Origin: Macrostomum lignano
Taxonomy: Eukaryota
Length of the DNA: 64,000 nucleotides
Reading direction: 5' to 3'
NCBI GenBank assembly: GCA_002269645.1
Contig: NIVC01001759.1
Span: forward strand, 1 to 64,000
The first letter of the stretch is position 1. Every line of letters starts with the position of its first letter. Shown here piece after piece: positions 61,463-64,000 of the stretch. The notes beneath the pieces are model-generated. The model saw nothing but the letters and a program-made list of their open reading frames with translations, did not search any database and was not told the origin of the DNA. Both the position numbers and the translations under genes were made by a program.

Positions 61463-63204
61463 AGCACACCGGCTACATTAGCGAGGGTCAATTCAATTAG
61501 GATTAAACCAGTACGAAAGCAACTACATAAGCCAAACGGTTGCCCCAAAGAAGATTATTTAGGCAGGCAAAACGGAGAAAAGAGAAAAAGAAGAAAGTGG
61601 AGAAAGACTGCTCACCCCGACTCACTCTCTCCTCCCCCTTTTTGCCTTTAGCTGCTCAATAGCCAAAGTCAAATCCCAATCCCGTTCTCTCCCCCCTTTT
61701 CCCCGGTGCCTCTGCACGCAACCAAGGCGACTTTAATTGCCTCGAGCCCCCCCCCCCCTACTCTCTACCTGTCTGCCTACCTGCCCTAGCGGCTATTCGT
61801 TAGCTTCTGCCTCCTCTCAGTCTTTGGAATCGCCTTTTACAAAGCAGCTCTTTCATTCGGCTCCTCCTCCCTTTCTCTTCAGTCCGAGTTGCGACTCCCA
61901 TTTTAGTCGCTCCACCCAAACCCGAGCTCCACCTGTTTTGTTTCGCCCGGCTCGAGCCCAGCGGGAAGTCGCCGCACGCGCTATGCGGCTTATCAATAGA
62001 TAACAGAATAATGGGGAATTATAGTCTGGGAACTGAGCAGGCAAAGCCTGTTCAGAGCCAGTTAAAGCGGAATCAAGAGGCCCGTTGTGATGCTTCAAGC
62101 TAACATTTTAAAAACTATAAGTGGCGAGGCGAAGCCAGTTCCGGCAGAGTTGATGAAGCCCGATGCGGGAGTCTGGGGATGGAGAAAAATTATTTATAAT
62201 AGTTTTTATCCGCCATGCTTTTGTCCTTCGCTTTCTAAGCAAGCTTGAATGCTCAACGGAGAGTTGACGCACGCGAGCGAGTTGAGCATTGTCTGCTGTC
62301 TGCAGGATCTCTCTGTGTGTTTTGCGCCTCCGAGCCCCTAGTTTCATGCATTCATTTCCGACATTCGAGACCACCCGCCGAGCTACTTCCTTGGCCTCTT
62401 CATCTCGCTCGCCCAACTTTTCTACAGTGGTGGGAAACGCTGCACACGGGGACACGGAATTCCCTAAACTCCGTCAGGTGCTGCGTTGAGAACTCGCGGA
62501 TAGTTCGTTAAAATAAACTCGCCTTTTTTGAGCCTATCGAAGCGTTGCGAAGATCTGAACCACTGCCACTCCTTCTTCTCCTTTTTTAGTGATCTTCCCA
62601 TCTTCTCTTCCCGGCGAGATCCTGCCAGGTAGACAGGCTCAAGCCCAGTACCTCTGCTTTCTATTATTCCTTATGCAGCACATTACCAAGTCGGTGTATA
62701 CCGCGCGACGGTGAGTCGACAGTTCGACAATGGATCGATATAGGCTGCGGGTTGGAAGGCAGCATGCTAACACATGGACAGAATGTACACTTAGTATCTG
62801 CAGGCCTGGCCGGGTCGATACAGGTGCATCTGGCCTTGCTGGGGCTCTTTCTCTCTATTCAATAACGCCACTGTTGTCCCCCTACTCGGGGATCAATTCT
62901 GCGCCAAGCTCTGCTCCCGCTCCCTGGGAGCTCCGCGAGCGCTGCTGATTTCTCAAGGCGGAACAAGCAGATTGCTGCGAAAGAAAGCCGGGGGTGGGTG
63001 GCCGCTCGGCCTTTTTTTGCTCCGCTTGTCACGAAATATTTCGTGCGCCAGCCGCCTTAGCCAACTTGCTGGGGCTGCTAGAAGTTGGCGGCTTTGCGGC
63101 CCGGCCTGTGAGCTTCCCTTCACGGACTTGCTGAAGGGTTCCCGCGGCTTCAGGCTGCTGCACTTTTAGAGATCAGCTGCAGTATCTGCCTGCCTGCGTG
63201 TCTG

Positions 63205-63570
<366 letters not shown>

Positions 63571-63589
63571 CATCTCTGCAATCTGTTAG

Positions 63590-63976
63590 CAGCAAGCAAA
63601 TCTCAACCAGTCGAAAGCAGCAGCAGCTTCATCAATTACCCCAGCAGCCGACCCAGAAAAAAGTCATGCAGGTCTACCACTCGGATCCCCCTTCCCGAGG
63701 CTCCGTCTCAGACTCGGATGGCGGAAGGCGGTGCCGCAGCCCAGCGGAGCATCTCCTTGATCAATGACTGTCATCCGCTCCTTTCCACTGGAAGGAAGCG
63801 AGCATTCGGGGCTGCCACGGACCCGGATGCCTTGAACCCCCCGTCCCCACCCGTGAGCTCACTGCTCCAGTTCCAGTCGGGAAGCGAAGACCCCAACCCG
63901 CCTCCAGCAGCAGCAGCAGCAGATGGGTGGCCCCAGGCAGACAGAATCTGGGACACCTGTTGCAGTTGCTGTTGCG
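63590..63976 (+). CDS. Candidate AHR exon 3 (low-complexity linker, 387 nt, phase 1-1)
   Basis: NAGNAG acceptor tgttAG/cAG (63588-63592). The frame required by the phase-1 end of the bHLH exon is open throughout (TASKSQPVESSSSF...WDTCCSCC). Candidate donor G|GTAACA at 63977. No AHR homology visible, and intervening exons cannot be excluded. Confidence 0.45.
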
Positions 63977-64000
63977 GTAACAAATTTGTAAATCAGAAGA

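Overview
Eukaryotic (metazoan) genomic DNA: GC-rich spliced coding exons in AT-rich sequence, with roughly a third of the window (my hand estimate, ~22 kb) made of more than 20 mostly unrelated mini/microsatellite arrays. The style resembles a free-living flatworm such as Macrostomum, but that is inference. Most long ORFs in the supplied track are artefacts of repeat arrays. Genes reconstructed by hand from GT-AG phase matching: (1) terminal exon of an acidic 14-aa-repeat protein (419-1795 +); (2) a small acidic IQ-motif protein (2742-3771 +); (3) a divergent PEX19-like protein ending in CAIL (6009-7720 +); (4) an orphan terminal exon (11780-12109 -); (5) a Bcl-2-family, Bcl-G/BCL2L14-like protein with non-canonical BH3/BH1 and no membrane anchor (27297-29290 +); (6) an intronless 1022-aa orphan ORF (36168-39236 -); (7) the 5' part of an AHR/spineless orthologue (44560-63976 +, 14.5 kb first intron). 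Mobile DNA: a five-layer nest of non-autonomous DNA transposons at 15407-23983 with readable TSDs and a 178-bp tandem repeat at its core; several hAT-type MITEs with 8-bp TSDs; three copies of a Charlie-like MITE whose internal CT tract has expanded into different microsatellites; and a decayed LINE reverse-transcriptase fragment interrupted by a minisatellite. No rRNA, tRNA, CRISPR array or intact transposase was recognised.
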